Source: Malacoraja senta
Taxonomy: Eukaryota
Reading direction: 5' to 3'
Assembly (NCBI GenBank): GCA_038087875.1
Contig: CM075996.1
Coordinates: 7,566,001-7,626,000, forward strand
Length of the DNA stretch: 60,000 nucleotides
The notes beneath the pieces are model-generated. The model did not search any database, had not been told where the DNA came from, and worked only from the letters and a program-made list of their open reading frames with translations. The position numbers and the translations under genes are program-made. Positions 1 to 11,265 of the stretch are shown one piece after another (the first letter of the stretch is position 1; every line of letters starts with the position of its first letter).

Positions 1-256
1 TAAGAATAAGGGGTAAGCCATTTAGAACGGAGATGAGGAAACACATTTTCTGTGACTCACAGGGCGGTGGAGGCCAGTTCTCTGGATGATTTCAAGAACG
101 GGCTAGACAGAGCTTTTAAAAATAGCAGAGTCAAGGGATATGGGGAGAAGGCAGGAACGGGGTACTGATTGTGGTTGATCAACCATGATCATGTTGAATG
201 GCGGTGCTGCTCGAGGGGCCGAATGGCCTACTCCTGCACCTATTGTCTATTGTCTA
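1..256 (+). mobile_element. CR1-clade LINE, 3' end fragment
   Basis: End of ORF2 (...GYGEKAGTGY*), CR1 3' UTR and (CTATTGT)n tail; same family as 50465-53195 and 57557-57935. Confidence 0.85.
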
Positions 257-293
257 ATGTATTGGAAGCCTATTGAAGTTTGCTGTGTTGCAG

Positions 294-548
294 ATGAAGG
301 ACGATCCTCTTATGCAGCGCCACATATCCTATCACAGCTTCACCCGGCTGGTTGAGGTCTTCACGGCCAACGTGGAAGGGCAGATCACGGACCCCGCCAC
401 CAGCCCCGAGCTGACGAAGATCGCGCTGACTATGGAGCTCACCCGGAGAGTGGCCGGCATCAGCAGCCACCCCGTGCAGCAGCTGATGGGTTACAGCATG
501 GACTACATGGACATGTTTGTCCCCTGGCTGCAGCAGCAGGGAGGATGG
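294..548 (+). CDS. BCL2L12: BCL2L12-like (BCL2L12/BCL-G subfamily) penultimate coding exon, BH2 region
   Basis: ttgcag acceptor, 255-nt open exon MKDDPLMQ...IALTMELTRRVAGISSHPVQQLMGYSMDYMDMFVPWLQQQGGW, then gtgagt donor. PW-x-QQ-x-GGW BH2 motif with intron after GGW; position upstream of PRMT1 matches human BCL2L12-PRMT1 order. Confidence 0.8.
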
Positions 549-735
549 GTGAGTGGCACGCGAGGACGTTCTGTCCCATCGCTACGGGGATGTGTACAGT
601 TTGGTCAGCTGTCACGTGTACCGAGGTGAAGTGAAAAGCTTTTGTTGAGTGCTAACCAGCCAGCGGAAAGACAACACATGGTTACAATCCAGCCATTTAC
701 AGGGTATAGATGCATGATAAGGGAGCACGATTTAG

Positions 736-1275
736 ATACATAGAAACATAGACAATAGGTGCAGGAGTAGGCCATTCGGTCCTACGAGCCTGCACCGCCA
801 TTCAATATGATCATGGCTGATCATCCAACTCAGTATCCCATCCCTGCTTTCTCTCCATACCCCCTGATCCCTTTAGCCACAATGGCCACATCTAACTCCC
901 TCTTAAATATAGCCAATGAACTGGCCTCAACTACCTTCTGTGGCAGAGAATTCCACAGATTCACCACTCTCTGTGTGAAAAATGTTTTTCTCATCTCGGT
1001 CCTAAAAGACTTCCCCTTTATCCTTAAACTGTGACCCCTTGTTCTGGACTTCCCCAACATCGGGAACAATCTTCCTGCATCTAGCCGGTCCAACCCCTTA
1101 AGAATTTTGTACGTTTCTATAAGATCCCCCCTCAATCTTCTAAATTCTAGCGAGTACAAGCCGAGTCTATCCAGCCTTTCTTCATATGAAAGTCCTGCCA
1201 TCCCAGGAATCAGTCTGGTGAACCTTCTCTGTACTCCCTCTATGGCAAGAATGTCTTTCCTCAGATTAGGAGACC
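736..1275 (-). mobile_element. CR1 LINE, 5'-truncated 3' fragment
   Basis: ORF 830..1300 (WSPNLRKDILAIEGVQRRFTR...GYGEKAG); ATTTAG duplicated at 730-735 and 1276-1281. Confidence 0.9.
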
Positions 1276-1415
1276 ATTTAGTGCAAGGTAAAGCCAGCAA
1301 AGTCCAATCAGGGATAGTCTGAGGGTCACCAATGAAGTAGATAGTAGTTCAGGACTGCTCTCTAGTTGTGGTGGGATGGGTCAGTTGCCTGGTAACAGTT
1401 GACTTAGGAGCCTGA

Positions 1416-1735
1416 TAGCCCTGTCCCATGGTGCGAGTTCATTCAAGAGCTCTCCCGAGTTTAAAAAAAATCAAACTCGTGGTAAGCACGGAGAATGAAC
1501 GTAGCGGGTACGTCGGTGCTCGGGGACGTCTCTTAGCGCTAACGGCAGGTACTCGGGAAGACTCGCTAACGGCAGGTAAGCGCGGGAAGACTCGTGAAGA
1601 TTTTTCAACATGATGGAAAAATGTCCACGAGAGCCCCGAGTACCGGCGAGTGGCCATTACCGTAAATCTCCGAGTTCAAATCAGGGCAAACTCGGGAGAG
1701 CTCTTGGAATGAACTCGTCCCGTGGGACAGGGGTT
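1416..1735. mobile_element. PIF/Harbinger-type MITE (copy 1)
   Basis: Long TIRs (AGCCCTGTCCCA...GAGTTCATTCAAGAG / ...GAATGAACTCG...GGGACAGGG), flanks TGA/TAA; near-identical to 55600-55915. Confidence 0.75.
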
Positions 1736-1754
1736 TAAGCTACAGGGAGAGGCT

Positions 1755-2058
1755 GGACTTTAGACTTTAGAGATACAATGTGAAAACAGGGCCTGCGCCC
1801 ACCGAGTCCGCGCTGTCCAGCGATCTCCATACACCCAGCACTATGCTGCACACCAGGGACAATTTACAATTTCCAGAAGCCAATTAACCTACAAACCCGC
1901 ACGTCTTTGGAAGGTGGGAGTAAACCGGAGCACCCGGAGAAAACCCAAACATTCACGGGGAGAACGTGCAAACTCCACACAGACAGCACCCGCAGTCAGG
2001 ATCGAACCCCGGTCTCTGGCGCTGCGAGGCAGCAACTCTACCGCTGCGCCACCGTGCC
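1755..2058 (-). mobile_element. tRNA-derived SINE (HE1/V-SINE-like)
   Basis: Minus-strand head GGCACGGTGGCGCAGCGGTAGAG...GGTTCGATCC (A/B boxes) and (CTAAAGT)n tail; further copies near 3645-3935, 4440-4655, 7710-7985, 11270-11560, 25850-26130, 27355-27660, 28390-28650, 32310-32580. Confidence 0.8.
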
Positions 2059-2789
2059 ACTCTTTATTCCTTGTAGCGCAGGAGGATGAGGGGTGTTCTT
2101 GTAGAGGTGTCTAAAATCATGAGGGGAATAGATAGGGTAGATGCACCAAGTCTTTAATAGGAACCCGAGCGGCTACGTTTACACACAGAGGGTAGTGGGT
2201 GTATGGAACGAGCTGGCGGAGGAGATGGTGGGGGCAGATACTATCACAACATTCAGAAGACATTTGGACAGGAACGCGGACAGAAAGGTTTAAAGGGTTA
2301 TGGGCCAAATGCTAGTAGATGCGACTTATGTGGATGGGGCACCTTGGTAGGCATGGGCAAGATGGGCCGAAGGGTCTGTTTCCTATCTGAATGACTCGAT
2401 GACTGTTTAGATGAGTTGAGAGATACAGCGTAGAAACAGAAGCTTCGGCCCACAGAATCCACGCCAACCATCGATCACCTGTTCACACTAGTTCAATGTT
2501 ATCCCACTTTTATCCACTCCCTACACACCAGGGTCAATTGACAGAGGGCAAATCAGAAGCCATACCAGTGATGTTATGCACAAGACAAGAGAAAAAATGT
2601 TCAGTTTATAGTCACGTGTTACCGAGGTACAGTGAAAAGCTTTTGTCGTGTGCCAATCAGTCAGCGGGAAGTCAATACATTATTACAATCTCGCCATCCA
2701 CGGTGTGCATGATAAAGGGAATAACATGAATAATGTTTCCCGGGAATTGAGGTATGGACAGATCTGAAAGGATATTAATAAGAACACAA

Positions 2790-3446
2790 TTATACAATAG
2801 ACAATAGGTGCAGGTGTAGGCCATTCAGCTCTTCGAGCCAGCACCGCCATTCACTGTGATCATGGCTGATCATCCCCAATTAGTACCCCGTTCCTGCCTT
2901 CTCCCCATATCCCCTGACTCCGCTATCTTTAAGAGCCCTATCTAGCTCTCTCTTGAAAGCATCCAGAGAACCGGACTCCACTGCCCTCTGAGGCAGAGAA
3001 TTCCACAGACTCACAACTCTCTGTGTGAAGAAGTGTTTCCTCGTCTCCGTTCCAAATGGCCTACCCCTTATTCTTAAACTGTGGCTCCTGGTTCTGGACT
3101 CCCCCAACATCGGGAACATGTTTCCTGCCTCTAGCGTGTCCAAACCCTTAACAATCTTATATGGTTCAATAAGATCCCCTCTCACCCTTCTAAACTCCAG
3201 AGTATACAAGCCCAGCCGCTCCATTCTCTCAGCATATGACAGTCCTGCCATCCCGGGAAACCTTGTAAACCTACGCTGCACTCCCTCAATAGCAAGAACG
3301 TCCTTCCTCAAATTAGGGGACCAAAACTGCACACAATACTCCAGGTGTGGTCTCACTTGGGCCACATACAACTGCAGAAGGACCTCTTTGCTCCTATAGT
3401 CGTCGACTCTTGTCATGAAGGCCAACATGCCATTCGCTTTCTTCAC
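2790..3446 (-). mobile_element. CR1 LINE 3' fragment
   Basis: ORF 2880..3446, CR1 ORF2 C-terminus (KKANGMLAF...RPHLEYCVQFWSP), plus 3' UTR. Confidence 0.9.
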
Positions 3447-4179
3447 AATTAAAGTGAGAAATGCCGCTGTTGGGGTAAAGGTTTAACAGAGTTGAGCGAT
3501 TGTAATGCGTGATTGCAGATCCACTCCTGTGACTAGCGTCGCCTGGCTTGAGCGCCATCTTGGATTGAGTTGATAGTGGAAGGACACAGAAAATCAAAAG
3601 ACATTGCGTTGTGTCCATTGCATGACTTTAGTCCACTCATCTTGAGATAAACAACATGGAAAGGGGTCCTTCTTCCCACTGTGTCTATGCCGACCAGCGA
3701 TCCCCCCCCCCCCCCCCCCGTACACTAGTTCTATCCATCACACGGGATAATTTACAGAAGCCACTCAACCTACAAACCCGCACGTCTTTGGAATGTGGGA
3801 GGAAACCTGAACACCCGGAGAAAGCCCACGAGGTCACGGGGAGAATGTGTAAACTCTGAACAGACAGCACCCGTAGTCAGGATGGAAGCCGGGTCTCTGG
3901 CGCTGTGAGGCAGCAACTCTACCGCTGCGCCACCGCGGGCTGCCAGGGTTTTCGGATACGGTGGTCAATTAACCTACCAATCTGCATGTCTTTGAGCTGT
4001 GGGAGGAAACTGGAGCAGTGACTGGGGGAACGTAAACTTCACACAGACATCACCGGAGGTCAGCATTCAATCGAGCAGTAATGCTACCAGCTTGTTATTG
4101 TGAATTAAAAAATTGCAGGGCAAACTGTTACTTGGGAGAAAAGTGTACAGTAGAACCAGTTTAGTTTAGTTTTTTATTT

Positions 4180-4415
4180 AAGAAGGAACTGCAGATGCTG
4201 GAAAATCGAAGGTAGACAAAAGTGCTGGAGAAACTCAGCGGGTGCAGCAGCATCTATGGAGCGAAGGAAATGGGCAACGTTTCGGGCCGAAACCCTTCTT
4301 CAGACTGATGGGTGTGTGTCAGTCTGAAGAAGGGTTTCGGCTCGAAACGTTGCCTATTTCCTTCGCTCCATAGATGCTGCTGCACCCGATGAGTTTCTCC
4401 AGCACTTTTGTCTAG
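4180..4415. mobile_element. Penelope-like element terminal repeat, inverted pair
   Basis: Two ~100-bp inverted arms around a short TG spacer; each carries the CTGAAGAAGGG...CGAAACG motif found downstream of Penelope GIY-YIG ORF ends elsewhere in the window. Confidence 0.7.
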
Positions 4416-4984
4416 TTTAGTTTTTTAGTTTAGTTTAGCTTAGAGAAACAGGCCCTTCGGCCCACTGAAGCCATGCCGACCAGCGATCCCTGCACACAAG
4501 CATTATCCTGCACACACTAGGGACAATTTACAATTATACCAAGCCTATTAACCTACAAACCTGTACGTCTATGGAGTGTGGGAGGAAACCGGAGCACCCG
4601 GAGAAAACTCACGCAGGTCACTGGGAGAACGTACAAACGCCATACAGACAGCACAACCAACCTACCACAAATAGGGAGCAGTACTGAACCACTATCCACC
4701 TCATTGAAGACCCTCAGACTATCTTTGATCGGACTTTACTGGCTTTACCTCGCACTAAACGTTATTCCCTTATCATGTATCTGTACACTGTGAATGACTT
4801 GATTGTAATCATGTGTTGCCTTTCCGCTGACTGGTTAGCACGCACTGTACCTCGGTGCACATGACAATATACTAAACTAGACTAAACACGTGGTCAGGAT
4901 TGAACCCGGGTCTCTGCCGTTGTGAAGCAGCAACTCTACCACTGTGCCACCGTGCTGGACAGAGTTGGGGAGGGGGGGTGTCTT

Positions 4985-5287
4985 TGTGTGTGTGTGTGTG
5001 CATGGGTGTGTGTGTGTGAGTGTGCATGGGTGTGTGTGTGTGTCCGTGTGTGTGTGCATGGGTGTGTGTCCATGTGTGTGTTTGTGTGTGCACATGGGTG
5101 TGTGTCCGTGTGTATGTGTGTGTGTGTCCATGTGTGGGTGTGTCTGTGTTTGTGTGGCATGGGTGTGCATGTCCGTGTGTGTGTGTGTGTGTGTGTTTTT
5201 GTGTGTGCTTTTGTGTGTGCATGGGTGTGTGTGTGTGCACATGGGTGTGTGTGTGTGTGTCCGTGTGTGTGTGTCCGTGTGTGTGTA
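4985..5287. repeat. (TG)n-based compound microsatellite
   Basis: TG repeat interrupted by CATGG/TCCG units. Confidence 0.95.
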
Positions 5288-5323
5288 CATGACATTTAAC
5301 CATGCCTCTATTTCCCCTAACAG

Positions 5324-5371
5324 GAGACGGTGCTGCACTCCGACGATATCTCAGAACACCAAATAGACTGA
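5324..5371 (+). CDS. BCL2L12: BCL2L12-like final coding exon (ETVLHSDDISEHQID*)
   Basis: tttcccctaacag acceptor; phase 0 matches exon 294-548; short acidic tail ending in D like BCL2L12/BCL2L14 C-termini; TGA 5369-5371. Confidence 0.7.
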   Translation, partial: ETVLHSDDISEHQID

Positions 5372-6077
5372 CTTCCGTGAAACCCAGGGAATGAAGATGA
5401 AACTCAGGCGACCCTTTAGCAAGGGGAGTATTCCCCTCTCGGCTATTTGAACAAAGAACACCAACTACCTTTTAAAAAATATATATAAAATGTTGAAAAT
5501 GCTCAACGAGGTTTCGGCCACCAAACAAGCGAGCAGGTTAAAGCCACATTAAGGATAGGTGACACCCTCGTCCAATAAGGTAGGGGAATCCAACTCCGCG
5601 TGTGGTTGTCTACAGAGACTCCTGGCGAAACTTGTGTTCAGTCACGCTACTGTGGCGATGGCTAGATTGCCCTCATAAGCTGTGGCAGTCTATGCTGAAG
5701 AAGGGTCTCGACCTGAAACGTCACCCATTCCTTCTCTCCGGAGACGCTGCCTGTCCCGCTGAGGTACTCCATCATTTTGTGTCCATCTGCAGTCTATGGT
5801 ATCTGGGTGCGCACTATTCTTTAGCGCACTATCCTTGTGTTCTTCTGTTGAAAAAATCCAGTGAAGGAAGTTGCCGTCCTACCACAGCAGTAACAGTCCG
5901 ATAACCTGATTGTTCAGAAATCACACCGTTTTAGCGTGTTCCCCTTTAAACCCACATTTCACTGGAAAATCTATTACACTCCACACGGTATTAACATCGT
6001 TTGTTTTAAAAACAAAGGGGGAATTAAAGTGGTGTTCCTGTATTAATTGAAATAATATCCAATAATCCAGAAAATCT

Positions 6078-6285
6078 GTGGGAAGGAACTGCAGATGCTG
6101 GTTTACGCCAAAGATAGACACAAAATGCTGGAGTAACTCAGCAGGACAGGCAGCATCTCTGGAGAGAAGGAATGGGTGACGTTTTGGGTCTGACTGAAGA
6201 AGGGTCTCGACCCGAAACGTCGCCCATTCCTTCTCTCCAGAGATGCTGCCTGTCCCGCTGAGCTACTCCAGCATGTTGTGTCTGT
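6078..6285. mobile_element. Penelope-like terminal repeat, inverted pair
   Basis: Inverted arms (GGAAGGAACTGCAGATGCTGG.../...CCAGCA) with hammerhead-like core at 6194-6221; similar pairs at 17353-17520, 37016-37203, 38757-38960. Confidence 0.7.
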
Positions 6286-6592
6286 AATCCAGAAAAACTG
6301 ACAGTCGACACCACCAAAGACGAAGGATACCTGACTTAAAGGATTTTACTGTATGGCCTCATTTCTGAATGTAAAAACCATGCAGAATGCATATGTTGCC
6401 CTAAAGACTGTTGCATTAATATAGGGAGAATAGATCAGGTTTGCAATATGAAAGACGGAGGTGACAAAGGGAAAAATATACTTGACGGACCGTACTCAGA
6501 AATCAACCTCGTTCTCAGCTACAGGTTAAATGACGGGTGTGTAAATGAAAAGGGATCTGCAAGTTTTAGCTTTCAGTCTTTGATGTGACTAA

Positions 6593-6884
6593 AGTGTGTG
6601 TGTGGGTGCGCGCGCGCGTCTGTCTCTGTGTCTGGCTCTGTGTGCGGCTGTCTGTGTGCGTCTGTCTCTGTGTCTGCCTGTGTGTGTGCGTCTGTCTGTG
6701 TGTGCGTCTGTCTGTGTGTGTGGCTGTGTGTGTGTGTGTGTGTGCGTATGTGTGTGCTTGTCTGTCTCAGTTTCTACCTGTGTGCGTCTGTCTGTGTGTG
6801 TGTCTGTGTGTGCTTCTGTCTCTGTGTCTGCCTGTGTGTGTGTGTGTGTGTGTGTGTCTGTGTGTGCTTCTGTCTCTGTGTCTG

Positions 6885-6919
<35 letters not shown>

Positions 6920-7083
6920 ATGTGTGTGCTTGTCTGTCTGTGTCTACCTGTGTGCGTCTGTCTGTGTGTGTGTTTGTGTGTGCTTCTGTCTCTGTGTGTC
7001 TGCCTGTGTGTGTGTGTGTGTATGTGTGTGTGTGCGCGCACGTCTGTCTCCGTCTACCTGTGTGTGTGGCTGTGTGCGTGTGT
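6593..7083. repeat. (TG)n/(TCTG)n compound microsatellite
   Basis: Direct inspection; explains Cys/Val and His/Thr ORFs. Confidence 0.95.
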
Positions 7084-8561
7084 ATAGCTGTACGTAACAG
7101 GGTTTACTCGGTGTTTGTGGCCCGTAACCTGAATGAATGTCAAAGAGTAAATCAAGCTGATGAAGTTCAGGAAGATGGCATTAACATTTTGTTGTAAAAG
7201 GTGTCAGATAAGATTTTTTTTAACACATTTTTATAGGCAAATGTCAACTCATCCAAATGGTGCTAGCTAGTAGTTTGATGCACAGTCAATAAATAGTAAC
7301 AGCAATCTTTGCATCGTAGTAATAGAACCTCAGACAGGCACATGAATAGGATAGGTTTAGAGGGATATGGCCCAAACACAGTGTAGATGGGACATGTTGG
7401 TCAGTACTAGTGTAGATGGGACATGATGGTTGGCATGGGCAAGTTGGGCCGAAGGGCCTGTTTCCGTACTGTATGACTCGATGACAATCAAATCAATAGT
7501 TAGCCCTCAACATCCATCTGTCTGATTTAAGAGTTAGGAGCTAATTGAAACTGTAAGTATTATTGTTGAACAGGTACGTAAGAATGTGTGACTGCGTGAC
7601 TGTGGACAGGTACAGTACATGGATTGGAAAGGGTAATGGGTCAAATGGGAAATGGGCCAAACACAAGCAAATTGGGGGCGGATAGTCCCGGCAAATGGGA
7701 CTAGAGCTTAGACTTTAGAGATACAGCGGGGAAACAAGCCCTTCGGCCCACCGAGTCCCCGCCGACCTGCTATCACCCCGTAAGCGCTAGCACCGTCCAA
7801 CACATTAGGGACCATTTACAATTTGACTGGCCAATTCACCTAAACGAAACTGAACTGAACCAACAAACCTGTGTGACTTTGAAGTGTGGGAGGAAACCAG
7901 AGCACCCAGAGAAAACCCACGCCATCACGGAGAACGTGCAAACTCTGTGCAGACAGCACCCGTGGTCAGGATCGAACCTGGGATGTGGAAAGATTGGGGG
8001 GGGGGTGGGGGGGGGGGGTAGGAGGAGGGGGAAGGGGAGTGTCTACCCCATGACAGTAGGGGGAGGAGTTGTTGATTTGATCGCCATAGGGGAAACTCCT
8101 GTGGCGTTCTGTGCTGCATCTTGGTAGATCCAGTCTGTTGCTGAAGGTACTCCTCGTTCCAGAGAACAATCCAAGTCTGTCCAACCTCTCTCCCTGTAGC
8201 TTAAATGTGACGACATTGGATGAGGAGAGAATTGAGCCATGCACCAGTGTCATTTGGGTGTCTATTGAGACTTGAGCTAAGGAAAGTGGACATTCTTAGA
8301 ACGTGTATCCATATGACTGTATGAATTGACGCACATTGTAATTTGGAAGCTTTTAAATCTGTCAAAGATGAGGACGGCCTACACTACCATTTGAACAATT
8401 TCCTCCATTTATAAAGCTCCAAAATCTAAAAAATACTGTATGTGGTTCCACAAGGATCAAAGGGCTGTGAGCTCTGTGGGATAATGAATTCTGTATATTT
8501 TAACAAGAAGATGTACGCAAAAATGTAAATGTTATTTTAATTTATTTTTGTAAAATGTGAA

Positions 8562-8567
8562 ATTAAA
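8562..8567 (+). terminator. Candidate poly(A) signal of BCL2L12-like gene
   Basis: ATTAAA after an AU-rich stretch; alternative AATAAA at 7288-7293. Confidence 0.3.
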
Positions 8568-8989
8568 GTTTTTAAAAAGATTTTATAAGGTTATTAAGCA
8601 TTGGACATTAAACTGTGAGGCTCTGGCTGATTTGTGTTCTCCCTGAAATGCGCTCACAATGTTTGTGGGCTTTTCGATTTCAGAAAGTTTACAGGAGTGT
8701 GTTCTTGGATCATCGGAGTGTCGAACTTTATTGTGTGGACAACTCAATTTGCTTTGCTTCAGTACGACTTGAAGTCTGTCTGTGGTTCATTTTTCTCAAT
8801 TTAAACATTCTTGTTGCTGTAGGTCGTTAGCCTAAACATTATTACAGTGGCCTTAAACTACACACTAATCTGGGGCAATGCGTGTGTGGGGCGGGGGGGG
8901 GGGGGGGGGAATCCTGGTTTATAAGGTTGGAGCTGGATTAGAAACATTCCTGACGGGCAAAAACCTCCGGGTGAGGTTTCACCTCGTGA

Positions 8990-9457
8990 ATCATAGAAAC
9001 ATAGAAACTTCAAAAATAGATGCAGGAGTAGGCCATTCGGCCCTTCGAGCCAGCACCACCATTTAATGTGATCATGGCTGATCATCCAAATTCAGCACCC
9101 CGTTCCTGCTTTCTCCCCATATCCCTTGATTCTTTTAGCGTTAAGAGCCAAATCTAACTCTCTTGAAAACATCCAGTGAAATGGCCTCCGCTGCCTTCTG
9201 CGGCAGAGAATTCCACAGATTCACAGCTCTCTGGGTGAAAAGGTTTTTCCTCATCTCAGTCCTAAATGGCCTACCCCTTATTTTTACACTATGACCGCTG
9301 GTTCTGGACTCCCCCACCCAAAATTGGGAACATTTTTCCTGCATCTAGCCTGTCCAATCCACTTAAGAATGTTATATGTTTCTATAAGATGCCCTCTCAT
9401 CCTTCTAAATTCCAGTCGCTCCATTCTTTCATCATATGTCAGTCCCGCCATCTCAGG
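8990..9457 (-). mobile_element. CR1 LINE 3' fragment, degraded
   Basis: ORF 9141..9344 (RGRPFRTEMRKNLFTQRAVNLWNSLP) and CR1 3' UTR. Confidence 0.85.
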
Positions 9458-9914
9458 AAGATTAAAGCTAAGGCATTGTGACTAGCTCTAGTCACAGAGT
9501 CGTACAGCGTGGATGCAGGCCATTCGGCCCAACTTGGCCATGCCGACCAACATGCCTCCTCAAAAGACTGGTGCTTTGCCAAATACATGCCAATGGCCCA
9601 GCAATAATTGTCCCTGAGGGGATTAAACTGCAGTGCAAACCTGGGCAAGGCATGTTGTGAAGTCTGATACTGTGACCTTGTGTAATTCTTTGTCTGTGCT
9701 AACCTGGAACTAAAAATCACTGATTTTTTAACATGTAGGGGGGGAGGGGGAGGGGGGGGGGCGAAGGAGAGGGATTTTGTATGAATTGTTTTAACTGGTG
9801 AGACTTGTGGATGTTTATATGAATGCTCAAGAAATAAAATCTGTGTTCCTAATAACACATGCTGAGATATGTGCTTCTTTTTTAAACTGGGAAGATTAAT
9901 ATCTAGTGCCATAC

Positions 9915-10350
9915 TGACCTTTCTGTCCAGGGCCTCCTCCATTGTCAGAGTGAGGCCCAGCACAAATTGGAGGAACAGCACCTCATATTTCGTTTGGGCA
10001 GCTTACACCCCAGCAGTATGAATATTGACCTCTCCAACTTCAAGTAACCCTTGCTTTCCCTCTCTCTCCATCCATCCCCCTTCCCAGTTCTCCGACCAGT
10101 CTGACTGTCTCCCACAGATTACATTTTATCTCTGCTTTGTTGCCACCTTCTCCTCGCTAACAATGATCTATTTTACATTATCCTTGAACTACATCTCTTT
10201 TGATGTCTTGTTTTCGCACCTTACACTTCCTTGTCTCCGTCTCCCCTGACTTTCAGTCTGTTGAAGGGTCTCGACCCGAAACGCCACCCATTCCTTCTAA
10301 CCAGAGATGCTGCCTGTCCTGCTGAGTTACTCCAGCATTTTGTGTCTATC
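9915..10350 (+). mobile_element. Penelope-like element 3' end (GIY-YIG C-terminus + terminal repeat)
   Basis: 9916-10047 translates DLSVQGLLHCQSEAQHKLEEQHLIFRLGSLHPSSMNIDLSNFK*, resembling the C-terminal motifs of PLE GIY-YIG endonucleases; followed by pyrimidine-rich UTR and hammerhead-like motif. Other copies at 17820-18155, 26560-26825, 53330-53460. Confidence 0.75.
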
Positions 10351-10914
10351 TTCTGTTCGCCTGGTAACAGCCGGGAAAAAACCGTCCCTGAATCTGGAGG
10401 TGTGCGTTTTCACACTTCTGTACCTCTTGCCTGATGGGAGAGAGGGGAGGAGGGAGTGGCCGAGATGAGACTGGTCCTCGATTATGCTGGTGGCCATGCT
10501 GTTTCCTGAACCCATAACCCTCTACCAACCACTGAACCACAGATGGTGATAGTGACAACCGATAACCCTGTTATCCTAAGTGCTGCTAATGGAGTCATAG
10601 AGATGCAGCAGGGAAACTGGCCTTTCGGTCTGAAGATGGGTCCCGACACGAAACGTCACTTATCCATGTTCTCCAGAGATGCTGCCCGACCCGCTGAGTT
10701 ACTCCAGCACTTTGTGCCTTGCTTCAGCAGGCAGAGATTAGTTTAACTTGGCATCATGGTTGGCATGGACATTGTGGGCTGAAGGGCCTGTGACTGCTTT
10801 CATTGTTCTAGCCCATTGAGTCTGAGCTGACCATCAACCACCCATTTACACTAATCCTATATTAATGCTTTTTGTTTTATTCTCATTCCGATCCCCATTA
10901 ACTCCCCTGGATCT

Positions 10915-11265
10915 ATAATAATAATAATAATGGATGGGATTTATATAGCGCCTTTCTAATACTCAAGGCACTTTACATCGCATTATTCATTCACTCCTCA
11001 GTCACACTCGGTGGTGGTGAGCTACTTCTGTAGCCACAGCTGCCCTGGGGCAGACTGACGGAAGCGTGGCTGCTAATCTGCGCCTACGGCCCCTCCGACC
11101 ACCACCAATCACTCACACACATTCACACACATTCTCACACATTCACACGCAGGCAAAGGTGGGTGAAGGGTCTTGCCCAAGGACACAACGACAGTATGCA
11201 CTCCAAGCGGGATTCGAACCGGCTACCTTCCGGTTGCCAGCCGAACACTTAGCCCATTGCGCCAC
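10915..11265 (-). mobile_element. Second tRNA-derived SINE family with (TTA)n tail
   Basis: Minus-strand GTGGCGCAATGGGCTAAG...GGTTCGAATCCC (A/B boxes), GTGTCCTTGGGCAAGAC core, GCGCTATATAAA near a (TTA)n tail. Confidence 0.75.
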
